From assembly GCA_963762215.1 (NCBI GenBank), contig CAVXKB010000013.1, forward strand, positions 34,141 through 98,140: 64,000 bases of DNA. The letters are read 5' to 3'. This document shows positions 1 to 9,673 of this stretch, piece by piece. The first letter of the stretch is position 1. Each line of letters begins with the position of its first letter. The notes under the pieces are model-generated. The model had not been told where the DNA came from and ran no database searches. It saw nothing but the letters and a program-made list of their open reading frames with translations. The stretch is from an uncultured Actinomycetota bacterium (GTDB lineage: Bacteria > Actinomycetota > Thermoleophilia > Gaiellales > Gaiellaceae). The position numbers and the translations under genes are program-made.

Positions 1-759
1 CTCGTGGGGCTGTACGCCGCGCTCGCCGGGGGTAGAGCGCTCGGTCGCTACGCCGCCGGGCTGGTTCCCGGTGTCGCGCTACTCGGCCTCTATGACCGGC
101 TCGCGTTCGGCTCTCCCTTTCACCTCTCCTACCGGTACGTGTCGAAGCAGTTCGCCGTGCAGCAGGCGGGCGGGTTCTTCGGCATCCATGCCCCGTCGTG
201 GCATGCGGCGCGGCTCGTTCTCGTCGGCAACCGCGGACTGTTCGTCGTCGCGCCGGTGCTGCTCCTCGCCGCAGCCGGGCTGGTGCTGCTCTGGCGCCGA
301 GGCGCGCGGGCCGAGTCGCTCCTCTGCGGCGCCGTCTCGGTCGCGTTCCTCGTCCTCGAGCTCGGCTACTACGACCCCTACGGCGGCGACTCTCCCGGCC
401 CGCGGTTCTTCATCCCCGCGCTTCCGTTCCTGGCGCTCGGGCTCGCGCCCGCGTTCGCGCGCTGGCGGGTCGTGACCGCTCTCTTCGCGGCGGCGTCCGT
501 GCTCGCTTCGACCGCCGTGCTGCTCACCTGGCCCGCCGCCGTGAACGCCGCCGCGGTCTACCGCTGGAGCGTCTGGCGCGAGCTCGCGCTGTTCCTGAGG
601 CACGGATCGTCGTCCGAGCTCGCGCAGTGGGCACAGAAGACCGTTGCGAGCTGGCTCGGCGCAGGGAGGCTCGGCGGCGCTGCGATCGTGCTCACGGCCG
701 CGCTCGGTGCGCTTTTCCTCGCGCTGAGCGACGGGTGGCGCACGGACCGCCGAAGCTAG
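1..759 (+). CDS. Polytopic membrane protein, C-terminal part (5' end outside the window)
   Basis: ORF 4..759, frame open to position 1. Several long hydrophobic segments (LFVVAPVLLLAAAGLVLLW, FFIPALPFLALGLAPAF, AAIVLTAALGALFLAL). Sits next to a GT4 gene, so possibly a membrane glycosyltransferase tail, but no diagnostic motif seen. Confidence 0.45.
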   Translation, partial: LVGLYAALAGGRALGRYAAGLVPGVALLGLYDRLAFGSPFHLSYRYVSKQFAVQQAGGFFGIHAPSWHAARLVLVGNRGLFVVAPVLLLAAAGLVLLWRRGARAESLLCGAVSVAFLVLELGYYDPYGGDSPGPRFFIPALPFLALGLAPAFARWRVVTALFAAASVLASTAVLLTWPAAVNAAAVYRWSVWRELALFLRHGSSSELAQWAQKTVASWLGAGRLGGAAIVLTAALGALFLALSDGWRTDRRS

Positions 760-768
760 GCTCTCTCT

Positions 769-1786
769 GTGCGTGTCTGCCTGGTGACACCGTTTGCATG
801 GTCTCAGCCCCACGACGTCAACGAGCACGTCGCCGGGATCGCGACCGCGCTCCGTGCGCTCGAGCACGACGTCACGGTTCTCGCACCCTCGACCCGCGCA
901 GGCGAGCTGCGGGCGGGCCGGCGCGTCGTGCACGGCCATGCTCCCGCGCGCGACGTCGTCGCGATCGGGCCTGCCGTGCCGATCTCCCGCCGCTCGCAGA
1001 TGGGCGTCCCGGTCGGCGTGCGGGCGAACCTACGGCTCGCTCTCGCGCACGGGCAGTTCGACCTCGTCCACGGCTTCGAGCCGGGGCTTCCGTCGATCTC
1101 CTACCTCGCGCTTCGCGAGACATCCGCACTCTCGGTCGCGACGTTCTGCTCGACTCACCGGCTCGGCTACCCACCGGCGCGCTCGCAGCGCGAGAAGCTG
1201 CTCGCCCGGATCGACGCGCTGCTCGCGCTGTCCGAGCCGATCCGCGCCGCTGCGGAGGAACGCTTCCCGGGCGATTACGAGTTGATGTCTCCCGGCGTCT
1301 CGCTCGAGCTCTTCGAGCCGGGGCCGAAGCGGAACCTGATCACCGTCGAGCTACGGCCGAACGAGCGCCCCGGCGCCCGCGGCGTCCTGCACGCGTTGCG
1401 CGAGCTCCACGACTGGGAGGCCGTCCTCCTGCGCACGACGCCGCTGATCGCGCGGCCAGCGATTCCGCGCGACCTGGCCGGCCGCGTGTCGGTCCGAACC
1501 GCACGCGACGGCGCGGCGCGCGCGCCGCTCTTCGCCGAGACGGCGATCTTCGTCCCCGGGATCGAAGGCCGCCCCCGCGTGCTGCTCGAAGCGAAGGCGG
1601 CGGGTTGCGCGATCGCGGCGCCCGCTCGGCGTCGAGGAGCAGCCCGAGCTCGCAGCGGCAGCCGCAGCGCGCCTGGCCGAGGACCCGGACCTTCGTGCGC
1701 GAGATCAGAAGGCCTCCCGGGCCGAAGCGGCAAGCGGCTCGTTCGAGCACGTCGCGGCTCAGCTCGACGACCTGTACGGCCGGCTG
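769..1786 (+). CDS. Glycosyltransferase family 4-like protein, reading frame broken near 1615-1625
   Basis: Starts MRVCLVTPFAWSQPHDVNEHV. GT-B C-domain FVPGIEGRPRVLLEAKAAGCAIAAP is in frame 1, which then becomes Arg/Ala-rich nonsense. The sensible continuation PLGVEEQPELAAAAAARLAEDPDLRA...AAQLDDLYGRL is in frame 2, which is open 1286-2506 with no ATG/GTG/TTG before 1787. Confidence 0.7.
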
Positions 1787-2506
1787 ATGAAACGCCGCCG
1801 CACGACCGCCCGCCGCGCGGCGGCCGACCCGCTCGCCGACCGGCCGTGGATCGTCGCCGACCTCCACATGCACACCACGTGGTCGTTCGACTGCACCGTC
1901 AACCCGGCCGAGCTCGTCGACCACGCCGAGGCGGAGGGGCTCGGCGCGATCGCGGTCACGGACCACAACGTCTTCGGCGGCGCGCTCGAGGTCTTCGACG
2001 AGGCTCGCGATCGCGAGCTGATCGTCATCCCCGGCGAAGAGATCAAGACCGACGCGCAGGGTGAGGTGATCGGCCTCTTCCTGGAGCGCGAGATCCCGCG
2101 CGGCATGCCGTTCACCGACACGATCGCCGCGATCCGCGAGCAGAACGGCCTCGTCTATCTCCCCCACCCCTTCGACCGGATGCACACGATCCCCGATCCC
2201 GCGACGCTCCACCGACACCTCGCGGACATCGACGTGCTCGAGGTCTACAACGCTCGGCTGCTGTTCGACGCGCAGAACGACGAGGCGCTCCGGTTCGCAC
2301 GCAAGTACGACCTGACCATGGGCGCCGGCTCCGACGCGCACGTGCTCCAGGGAGTCGGGACGGGCGCGCTGCGGATGCGCTCGTTCAACGATCCCGAGGA
2401 GTTCATGATCTCGCTCAGGAGCGCCGAGATCCTGCGCCGGCCGAAGTCGCTCGCGTACCTCCAGAGCCTCAAGTGGATGGCGCAGGTCAAGGAAAAGGTC
2501 CGCTAG
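1787..2506 (+). CDS. PHP-domain metal-dependent phosphoesterase
   Basis: ADLHMHTTWSFDC, AVTDHN, IPGEEIKT, LPHPFD and GAGSDAH: the His/Asp metal-ligand series of the PHP (polymerase/histidinol-phosphatase) fold. In the same open frame as the GT4 tail upstream. Confidence 0.85.
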   Translation: MKRRRTTARRAAADPLADRPWIVADLHMHTTWSFDCTVNPAELVDHAEAEGLGAIAVTDHNVFGGALEVFDEARDRELIVIPGEEIKTDAQGEVIGLFLEREIPRGMPFTDTIAAIREQNGLVYLPHPFDRMHTIPDPATLHRHLADIDVLEVYNARLLFDAQNDEALRFARKYDLTMGAGSDAHVLQGVGTGALRMRSFNDPEEFMISLRSAEILRRPKSLAYLQSLKWMAQVKEKVR

Positions 2507-2528
2507 GCGAGAAAGGACCGGATGCTCC

Positions 2529-3116
2529 GTGTCCGCCGCCGTGACCACAGACGACATCTACAAGCGGTACCTCGACAAGGCGATCAGGGAGATCCTTCGC
2601 CTGGAACACGAGGTAGCCGAAGCCGCCGCGGGAGCACCCGTCGCGCAGCCGACCGGGCACCCGCTCGGCACGATCTTCCTGGTCAAGTACGGGCCGCAGG
2701 CGCCGGAGCTGCAGGAAGGGGTGGCCTTTCACGGCCGCGCAGGACACGCGATCAAGCGGTCACTCGAGCGGCTGGACGTCGACCCGGCGGAGGTGTACGG
2801 CACGAATTGCGTGAAGTTCGCGGGCGCCGGCGAGGTCGCGTGCAACGACTGGTTCGCACGAGAGCTCCGGATCGTCCAGCCGAGGCTCATGGTCGTGATG
2901 GGAGACGACACGCTCGAGTTCGTGAACCGGAGCGAGTTCCCACTCTCCCAACCCCTCGAAGCTAGGCTGGGCGAGCTGCAGCAGTTCACTCCGACGATCG
3001 AAGCCCTCGTCGTTCCGGACATCGACCTCTCACTCGACGACCAGCCTTCGAAAACACGCTTTTGGAACGCCTTCAAGTCTCTCGGCCCCTGGTGGGCCGC
3101 GCTGCCGCCTTACTGA
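2529..3116 (+). CDS. Uracil-DNA glycosylase superfamily protein (divergent)
   Basis: GTIFLVKYGPQAPELQEG ... FHGRAGHAIKRSLERL ... VYGTNCVKF ... RLMVVMGDDTL follows the family 4/5 UDG layout. The canonical GE(A/G)PG and HPS motifs are not intact, so the call is superfamily level only. Confidence 0.5.
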   Translation: MSAAVTTDDIYKRYLDKAIREILRLEHEVAEAAAGAPVAQPTGHPLGTIFLVKYGPQAPELQEGVAFHGRAGHAIKRSLERLDVDPAEVYGTNCVKFAGAGEVACNDWFARELRIVQPRLMVVMGDDTLEFVNRSEFPLSQPLEARLGELQQFTPTIEALVVPDIDLSLDDQPSKTRFWNAFKSLGPWWAALPPY

Positions 3117-3814
3117 TCGTCTCGCTCGCGCTCCTCGCGTGGTTCGAGGTCGCTCCGCACCTGTCGTCGCTCTCGACCTGGTCGAGCGTCGGGATCGTCT
3201 CGCTGCTCCTGATGCCGGCGATGTTCAGCCTGGCCTGGCTCTCGGTGCCGGTCTGGCGGCATCCGCGCCAGCTGGCGATCGGCGTCGCCCTGTTGACGAT
3301 CGCAACGCTGCTCCTGTCGGTGCTCGATGCACCGGTGCTCGCGAACTTCGCCAAGTTCGCAGCGGTCACGGGCGTGGGCCTGCTGTTCCTGTCGGCGTTC
3401 GAAGTCCTGTGGTGGGCGGTGCTCGTCGCGGTGATCATCCCGTTCGTCGACGCCTACTCCGTCTGGAGGGGCCCGACGCATTCGATCACCGAGCACCATC
3501 CGGCCACGTTCAGCAAGCTGTCGATCGCTTTCGTCGTGCCCGGGGGGAGCGCAGCCCGACTCGGGCTGCCGGACGTGATGTTCTTCGCGCTCTTCCTGGG
3601 CGCGAGCGTGCGCTGGGACCTGCGCCCATTCTGGACCTGGTTGGGAATGACGATCGGGCTCGGGGCGACGTTCGCCCTGACGACCGTCTGGAGCGTCAGC
3701 GGCCTGCCCGCGCTACCGGGGATCGCCCTCGGCTTCCTGCTCCCGAACGTGGACATCATCTGGCGCCGGCTGTTCTCCGAGAAAGCCTGGAAGCCGGGGA
3801 ACGAGAGTCTCTAG
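3092..3814 (+). CDS. Polytopic membrane protein with presenilin/signal-peptide-peptidase-like motifs
   Basis: ORF 3062..3814 trimmed to GTG 3092 (VGRAAALLIVSL). About 7 hydrophobic helices. Motifs FVDAYSVWRGP (Asp codon 3449), LGLPDVMFF (Asp codon 3572) and GLPALPG (3707-3715). Confidence 0.6.
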   Translation: MGRAAALLIVSLALLAWFEVAPHLSSLSTWSSVGIVSLLLMPAMFSLAWLSVPVWRHPRQLAIGVALLTIATLLLSVLDAPVLANFAKFAAVTGVGLLFLSAFEVLWWAVLVAVIIPFVDAYSVWRGPTHSITEHHPATFSKLSIAFVVPGGSAARLGLPDVMFFALFLGASVRWDLRPFWTWLGMTIGLGATFALTTVWSVSGLPALPGIALGFLLPNVDIIWRRLFSEKAWKPGNESL

Positions 3815-5181
3815 CCGCGCTCGAGCAGCGACACGGACTCGACGTGCGGCGTGTGCGGGAACATGTCCACGGGCCGCGTCCGGACGAGCCGGTAGCCGTA
3901 CTCCTCGACCAGGCGCTTGGTGTCGCCCGCGAGCGTGGTCGGGTTGCACGAGACATAGACGACGCGTGGAGCGGCCAGCTCGCCGAGCCGCTTGAGCGCC
4001 TTGCCGGCGAGGCCGGCGCGCGGCGGGTCGACGACGACGACATCGGGCTCGCCCGCACGTTCGCGCAGGTCGCGCAGCACCTGGCCGACGTTCCCGGCGA
4101 AGAACGCGGCGTTGCCGACCGAGTTCAGCTCGGCGTTCTCGATCGCGCAGGCGACCGACTCCTCGGAGATCTCGATCCCCCACACCGTCAGAGCGTCCCC
4201 GGCGAGCGAGAGCCCGATCGTGCCGATGCCGCAATAGAGGTCGTACACGGTCTCCTTCCCGGTCAGGGCGGCCTCGGCGCGGGCGAGCTCGTAAAGGCGC
4301 TCAGCCATTCGCGTGTTCGTCTGCAGGAAGGCGTTCGGACGGACGCGGAACCGGAGGTCGCCGAACTTCTCCTCGATCGCCTCCTCACCCCAGAGGAGCT
4401 GCGTCGGCAGGTTCGTGACCTCGGCCTCGGTGTCGTTCACGGTCCACTGGATCGAGCGCACCTCGGGATGGGCGACGAGCACCTCGATCAGGCGCTCGCG
4501 GTCGAAGCGCTCGCGCTCGTGCGTCACGAGCTGCACGAGGGCCTGGCCCGTGTTGCGGCCCTCGCGGATGATCAGGTGCCTGAGGTATCCCTTGTGGTTC
4601 GCCTGGTCGTAGGCGGGGAGGCGCTCTTCGCGCGCCCAATCTCTGATCGTGTTCCGGATCCGGTTCCCGAGCTCGGTCGTGAGGTGGCAGTCGTCGATTC
4701 CGAGGACCTCGTCCCAGCGGCCGGCGCGGTGAAGCCCGAGGATCGGGGGGCCGCCGTCCGGGCCGGGCGCGAAGGAGTACTCCATCTTGTTGCGGTAGCC
4801 GAAGAGCTCCTCGGCCGCGACGATCGACTCGACCGGCGGGTCGACGATGCCCGCGATCCGGCGGAGCGAGTCCTCGACCCACGCCTGCTTGGCGGCGAGC
4901 TGCGCGTCGTAGGCGAGATCCTGGAACCGGCAGCCGCCGCAGGCCGGGTAGTGCGCGCATGGCGCCTTCACCCGCTGCGGGCCCGCCTCCAGCACCTCGG
5001 TGGTGATCGCCTCGGCGTGGCGCCGCTGAACCTTGGTCACGCGGGCGCGCACGGTGTCGCCCGGAAGGCCCGCTCGCACGAAGACGACGAACCCGTCGAG
5101 CCGCGCAACCCCGTTCCCGCCAAAAGCGAGCGAGTCGACGTGGAGCTCGAGCTCCTCGTCCCGTTGCACCGGCGCGGCCAT
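3811..5181 (-). CDS. 23S rRNA (uracil-C5)-methyltransferase, RlmD/RumA family
   Basis: TRAM-like N-terminus (GLPGDTVRARVTKV). Fe-S Cys cluster CAHYPACGGCRFQ. SAM-binding VYDLYCGIGTIGL. Catalytic region VVYVSCNPTTLAGD. Confidence 0.9.
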   Translation of the reverse strand: MAAPVQRDEELELHVDSLAFGGNGVARLDGFVVFVRAGLPGDTVRARVTKVQRRHAEAITTEVLEAGPQRVKAPCAHYPACGGCRFQDLAYDAQLAAKQAWVEDSLRRIAGIVDPPVESIVAAEELFGYRNKMEYSFAPGPDGGPPILGLHRAGRWDEVLGIDDCHLTTELGNRIRNTIRDWAREERLPAYDQANHKGYLRHLIIREGRNTGQALVQLVTHERERFDRERLIEVLVAHPEVRSIQWTVNDTEAEVTNLPTQLLWGEEAIEEKFGDLRFRVRPNAFLQTNTRMAERLYELARAEAALTGKETVYDLYCGIGTIGLSLAGDALTVWGIEISEESVACAIENAELNSVGNAAFFAGNVGQVLRDLRERAGEPDVVVVDPPRAGLAGKALKRLGELAAPRVVYVSCNPTTLAGDTKRLVEEYGYRLVRTRPVDMFPHTPHVESVSLLERG

Positions 5182-5318
5182 CGGGCCAGCGTAGTGACTT
5201 CGGCCGGCGTCGCGAGCTGATGAACGTGCTCCGCTCGATCTTCGAGCGCGTCGATCCGCTTCCTGGGGGTCTCCGAGTTCGCCAAGACCGCACCGATCGA
5301 GACGAGCTGGTTCTCCGT

Positions 5319-5927
5319 CTAGAGCCCGAACAGCGCCAGGGAAGATTCCAGCCCTTCGAGCACGACCGGGATTCGCTCCGACGCGGCCCAGCGATCGCGG
5401 GACAGCTCGAGCGTGAAGTGGCGAATCGGATATCCCCGCGGCTCGACGAACCCCTCGCCGGCGGCTTCGTAGCCGAGCTTCTCGGAGACGCGCATCGACT
5501 GCGTGTTCCCTTCTGCGTGGCCTGAGGCGGCGACGTCGGCCCCGAGGCCCGCGAAGGCCAGCTCGAGCACGGCGGCCCGCATCTCGGTGCCGTAGCCGTG
5601 ACCCTGGTAACGCTGACCGAGCCAGGAGCCGGTCACGACGCGGCGCGTCTCGATGAACCGCTCGGCTCTCATGCCCTGACAGCCCACCGGCTTGCCGTCT
5701 GCGAAGACGCCCAGATCGAGCGACCAGGCCTCCGGCGTCCAGGCCTCCCGCAAGCCCAGATGGAAGCCGGTGAACGCATCGGCGAAGCCCGGCTTCCCGA
5801 TCCCGTCCGTCCAGGCGACCTCGAACGGCATCTCCTCCGGCGGATGAACGCCCGCCTCCGCAACAGCCACGAGAGCCTGCAGCTCGGCCTCGTCCGGCAG
5901 CCGAAGCTCGAGCCGCTCCGTTCGCAC
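5319..5927 (-). CDS. GNAT family N-acetyltransferase (RimJ/RimL-like)
   Basis: RTERLELRLP N-terminus. Acetyl-CoA core LGQRYQGHGYGTEMRAAVLELAF. ORF 5319..6008 trimmed to GTG 5927 to remove a 55-nt overlap with yjbQ. Confidence 0.8.
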   Translation of the reverse strand: MRTERLELRLPDEAELQALVAVAEAGVHPPEEMPFEVAWTDGIGKPGFADAFTGFHLGLREAWTPEAWSLDLGVFADGKPVGCQGMRAERFIETRRVVTGSWLGQRYQGHGYGTEMRAAVLELAFAGLGADVAASGHAEGNTQSMRVSEKLGYEAAGEGFVEPRGYPIRHFTLELSRDRWAASERIPVVLEGLESSLALFGL

Positions 5928-5953
5928 CCGCAGGTCGAGGAGCGGCGAGACGT

Positions 5954-6349
5954 CTATTGCAGGACCGTCACGTAGATCGAGCGCGCCTTCGGCCCGTCGA
6001 ACTCGCACAGGAAGACCGCCTGGTAGCGACCGAGCGCGGGCTCACCGTCCCTGAGCGGGATCAGCACCTGCGCGCCCGCAACGGAGGCGCGGCCGTGCGA
6101 CGGCCCGTTCGGCCCGTCGGCGTCGTCGTGAACCCAGCCCCAGTCGTCACCGACGACCTTCTCGAAAGCCCGCTCGAGGTCGGCGACGAGGTCCGGGTCG
6201 ATCTTCTCGTTGATCGTGATCGCGGCCGTCGTGTGTGGGACGTAGACGAGAACTGCCGACCCCTCCGCGCCCGCGACAGCGGCCCGGACCCGGTCGGTGA
6301 TGTCGATCAACTGAGTGCGGCGTTCGCTAGTGAGACTGATCTCGTGCAC
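5954..6349 (-). CDS. yjbQ: YjbQ/UPF0047 family protein (secondary thiamine-phosphate synthase-like)
   Basis: MHEISLTSERRTQLIDITDRV ... VLVYVPHTTAAITINEKIDPDLVADL ... GPSHGRAS: characteristic YjbQ sequence. 131 aa. Confidence 0.88.
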   Translation of the reverse strand: MHEISLTSERRTQLIDITDRVRAAVAGAEGSAVLVYVPHTTAAITINEKIDPDLVADLERAFEKVVGDDWGWVHDDADGPNGPSHGRASVAGAQVLIPLRDGEPALGRYQAVFLCEFDGPKARSIYVTVLQ

Positions 6350-6371
6350 GGGCGCCTAGGATAGACAGCCG

Positions 6372-7845
6372 ATGGCGACTGACCTGACCACCACCGAGCT
6401 CGACGCGTTCCGTGACGACGCCGACCGCTTCATCGCGGAGCTCGACGAGGAGTACTACCTCCATCTCGCCGGCCACAAGGAGACGCTCGACCTCGAGCAG
6501 ATCTACGAGGCGCACGAGCAGCTGACGAAGCTCGACACGGCGCAGCGGCTCGAAGGCGCGCCCCACCGAGCTGTGGCGCTTCGCCTGCGAGGGCTTTCTC
6601 GGCGGCCTCACCCGCGAGCACGCCGAGAAGCTCGCCGATGTCGAGGCCGAGCTCGAGGCGACGGTGGACGGCGAGCAGGTCCCCTACCGGATGATCCGGG
6701 TCGCGATGTCGAACGAGCCCGACCGCGACCGGCGCGAGCGGCTCGAGCGCGCCAGGCTCGAGCTGCTCGACGAGCGCCTGAACCCGGTGTACCTCGACGC
6801 GGCGCGGATCGATCGCGAGGCGGTTACGAGACTCGGGTCGCCGAACTACTACGAGCTGTACAAGCGCTTCGGCTTCGAGCTGGACGAGCTCGCCGCGCAA
6901 TGCACCTCGCTCCTCGACGAGACCGAGCGGATGTGGGAGCAGGCCGGCGACCGCCTCTTCCGCGAGCGTCTTGGGATCGGCCTCTCCGATGCGCGCCCCT
7001 CCGACGTCGCCCGGCTCTTCCGCGCCCCCGAGCTGGACACGAGCTACCCGGCCGATCGGATGCTTCCCGCGCTCGAAGCGACCCTGGGCGAGCTCGGGAT
7101 CGACCTGCGCGCGCAGGGCAACGTCCACCTCGACCTCGAGTCGCGCCCCGGCAAGAGCCCGCGGGCGTTCTGCTCGCCGATCGAGATCCCGGGGAAGGTG
7201 ATGCTCGTGATCCAGCCGATCGGCGGTCACGACGACTGGCGCGCGCTCTTCCACGAGGCCGGACACACCGAGCACTACGCGAACACCTCCGGCGACCTGC
7301 CGATGGAGGCGAAGCGCCTCGGCGACATGGCTGTGACCGAAGGCTGGGCGGCGCTCTTCGAGCGTCTCGTCGACGAGCCCGCCTGGCTGAACCGCCGCCT
7401 CGATGTCCCCGACATCTCGAAGATCACCTACGACGGCGCGGTCTCGACGGTGTACTTCCTGCGCCGCTACAGCGCGAAGCTCCTCTACGAGATCGAGTTC
7501 TTCCAGGCGGACGACCCCGAGTCGATGCGGGCGCGTTACGCGGAGCTGCTGACCGACGCGCTGAAGCTCCCGGCCAATCCCGAGAGCTATCTCGACGACA
7601 TCGACGGCTCGTTCTATGTCACCGGCTACCTCCGGTCGTGGGCCTTCGAGGCGCAGCTCCGGGACTACCTCCGCTCCGAGCTCGGAAACGAGTGGTTCGC
7701 CCGGCGCGAGGCCGGCGACCTCCTGCGCGAGCTGTGGTCGCTGGGCCAGGGCCCGAGCGCCGAGGAGCTTCTGCGCGACGTCACCGGCGCCCGCCTCGAG
7801 ATGGCGTCGATCGCCGAGCGGGCGCGCGAAGGCCTCGGCGCCTAG
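6372..7845 (+). CDS. M3-like zinc metallopeptidase (oligoendopeptidase F-like), frame broken near 6555-6565
   Basis: Coherent N-terminus in frame 0 (MATDLTTTELDAFRDDADRFIAELDEEYYLHLAGHKETLDLEQIY...RLEGAP). It continues in frame 1 (TELWRFACEGFLGGLTREHAEKL...). The switch is at a C-run (gcgccccacc). HExxH = FHEAGHTEH, with downstream Glu in AVTEGWA. Confidence 0.75.
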
Positions 7846-8122
7846 CGCGCGACCGTTACCGCCCGCGGTTTCCTTCCACGGCGAGTGGGGAACCAGGCCT
7901 CTGAGGCCCGGGTCCAACTACGTGTGCCTCACGATCGTCTCACCTCACGAGTCGATCATCTTCATTGTTCCCGTACAAGATTGTAACCAGAAGCAGAACA
8001 AAATCTAAGTCTGTCCTTATCAAGTGTGCTACAGTTAGACGCGGATCCACATACCCGGAGCCGTCGCCAAGGGAAGAGCCCAGGACGGGAATCCCGAGAT
8101 GGTAAGGAGCGTTCTAAGAGAT

Positions 8123-8365
8123 ATGCGAAACCTGCAGGACATCAAAAAGGAAATCGACTCGCTCTCCGACCGGCGTGCGGACGTGCTGCACAGGCTGTCC
8201 GACGGCCATAACGCGGAGCTTGCGGCCGAGCACAAGCAGCTCGACGAGAAGATCGCGCAGCTCTGGGATGAGCAGCGCAGCGTTCGTGCCTCGATTCGCT
8301 TCGGTGATCGCGACCTGATCATCCAGCGCGCACGGCACGAAGAGCGGCTTTCGCGCGCGGCCTAG
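8123..8365 (+). CDS. Small coiled-coil protein, DUF2630-like (tentative)
   Basis: 80-aa charged helical ORF (MRNLQDIKKEIDSLSDRRADVLHRL...QLWDEQRSVRASIRFGD). AAGGAG lies 13 nt upstream of ATG 8123. Preceded by the only AT-rich intergenic stretch of the window. Confidence 0.5.
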   Translation: MRNLQDIKKEIDSLSDRRADVLHRLSDGHNAELAAEHKQLDEKIAQLWDEQRSVRASIRFGDRDLIIQRARHEERLSRAA

Positions 8366-8436
8366 GGGCCGCGTCGCGCACGGGGCGCTCCCGGGAGACC
8401 GGGGGCGCCTTTGATGCGTCTCACCTTTGATGCGTC

Positions 8437-9627
8437 TCACATTCGATCCACTTGCCGCCGCGGCCAGGCGACGACGACGAGGATCGCCACCAGCAGAAGG
8501 TTCCGGCTCAGCACGAGCGGCGCGTACCGGTAGCCGCCGATGTACTCGGCATAGCGTGCCGACGTGAACCAGAACTGCGTCACCAGCATGGCGAGCGCGA
8601 GCAGCCCCGAGGCGGCGAGACCGCGGCGGCCCCGCACGAGGGGGACGAGCGGCACGAGCCAGATCAGGTATTGCGGTGAGAGCACCTTGCCGAACGCGAC
8701 GAAGGCCGCGACACACCCAGCCGAATAGCGAACGAAACGATCCGCGTCGGCGGGGCCTCGGGCGAACCCGATCCAGAGCGCGACGAGACAGGCGAGCTCG
8801 ACCGTCGTCGTGAGCGCTGCGAGCCAGCCGTACCCGACGATCCCGACCGAGTTGTGCGAGACCGCGTCGCGCGGGCTCCCGAAGGTGGTCAGCAGCGAGG
8901 CGACGAGGCTCTCGACCTGGATCGGCCGCGAGAACTGCCCCCAGAGGCCGTCCCACAGCCCGTGAGGCGCGACGATCGCGAACGGCGCGAAGACAGCCGC
9001 GACGGCGACGAGCCAGATGGCGATGCCCTTCGCGAGCTCGTTCTTCCCCCGCCTCCGCAGCGTCCAGAGGATCGCGAGGGGGATGAGCACGACGGCATAG
9101 AGCTTCGCCACGAACGCAAGTGCCAGCGCGAGCCAGCCGAGCCGGTGCCGGTCGTGCAGGAACGCCGCGACCGCCGCGGCGACGAACGCCGCCGGCCAGA
9201 GGTCGAACCGGCTCAGCATCACCTGCCCGACGAGCAGCGGCGAGAGCGCAACGAAGATGATCGCCGGCCTCGAGGGCCGCGAGAGCAAGACGAATGCGAG
9301 GCACGCGAGCCCGCAGGCCGCCATCAGCCGCGCGAACCAGCGTTGGTAGTCGGACGGCACCGTCGGCTGCCCGAAGTACGTCGGTGCCACGAACACCGGC
9401 AGCGCCCCGGGCGGATACTCGACCGAGAAGTCGCGATACGGCAGAAGGCCGTTGCGCATCTGCAGCCCATAGCCCTGGTAGATCGGCGTGTCGACGATCC
9501 GCCCGTGTGCGTACCACCCGTGGTCGAGGCTGACCCACGCCCCCAGGAAGAGCGCCGCCGCGATCGCGGCCCAGAGCACGCGCCGGCCACGGAGCCCCGC
9601 CCCCGCCTGCGCTCCGGCCACCGTCAC
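8437..9627 (-). CDS. Polytopic membrane glycosyltransferase, GT87/DUF2029-like
   Basis: 396 aa, about 10 TM helices. Early loop motif YRDFSVEYPPGALPVF is typical of DUF2029/mannosyltransferase-type membrane GTs. Confidence 0.6.
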   Translation of the reverse strand: MTVAGAQAGAGLRGRRVLWAAIAAALFLGAWVSLDHGWYAHGRIVDTPIYQGYGLQMRNGLLPYRDFSVEYPPGALPVFVAPTYFGQPTVPSDYQRWFARLMAACGLACLAFVLLSRPSRPAIIFVALSPLLVGQVMLSRFDLWPAAFVAAAVAAFLHDRHRLGWLALALAFVAKLYAVVLIPLAILWTLRRRGKNELAKGIAIWLVAVAAVFAPFAIVAPHGLWDGLWGQFSRPIQVESLVASLLTTFGSPRDAVSHNSVGIVGYGWLAALTTTVELACLVALWIGFARGPADADRFVRYSAGCVAAFVAFGKVLSPQYLIWLVPLVPLVRGRRGLAASGLLALAMLVTQFWFTSARYAEYIGGYRYAPLVLSRNLLLVAILVVVAWPRRQVDRM

Positions 9628-9673
9628 CCACGCGACCCTAACAGCGCACCCGGAAGCTAGACTCGGCCCGTAC

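Noticed and set aside
198-1787. Very long ORFs overlapping or antisense to the genes called here. Examples: 198-1787(+), 1340-2557(-), 3139-5220(+), 6430-7917(-), 8114-9631(-), 37636-39018(-), 46850-48259(-), 49894-51561(-), 55435-56934(-), 62490-63653(-).
   Set aside because: Their translations are monotonous Arg/Ala/Pro/Gly-rich strings without motifs. These are typical shadow ORFs of GC-rich DNA, where stop codons are rare in all frames. The opposite or alternative frame carries clear family motifs and G/C-rich third positions.
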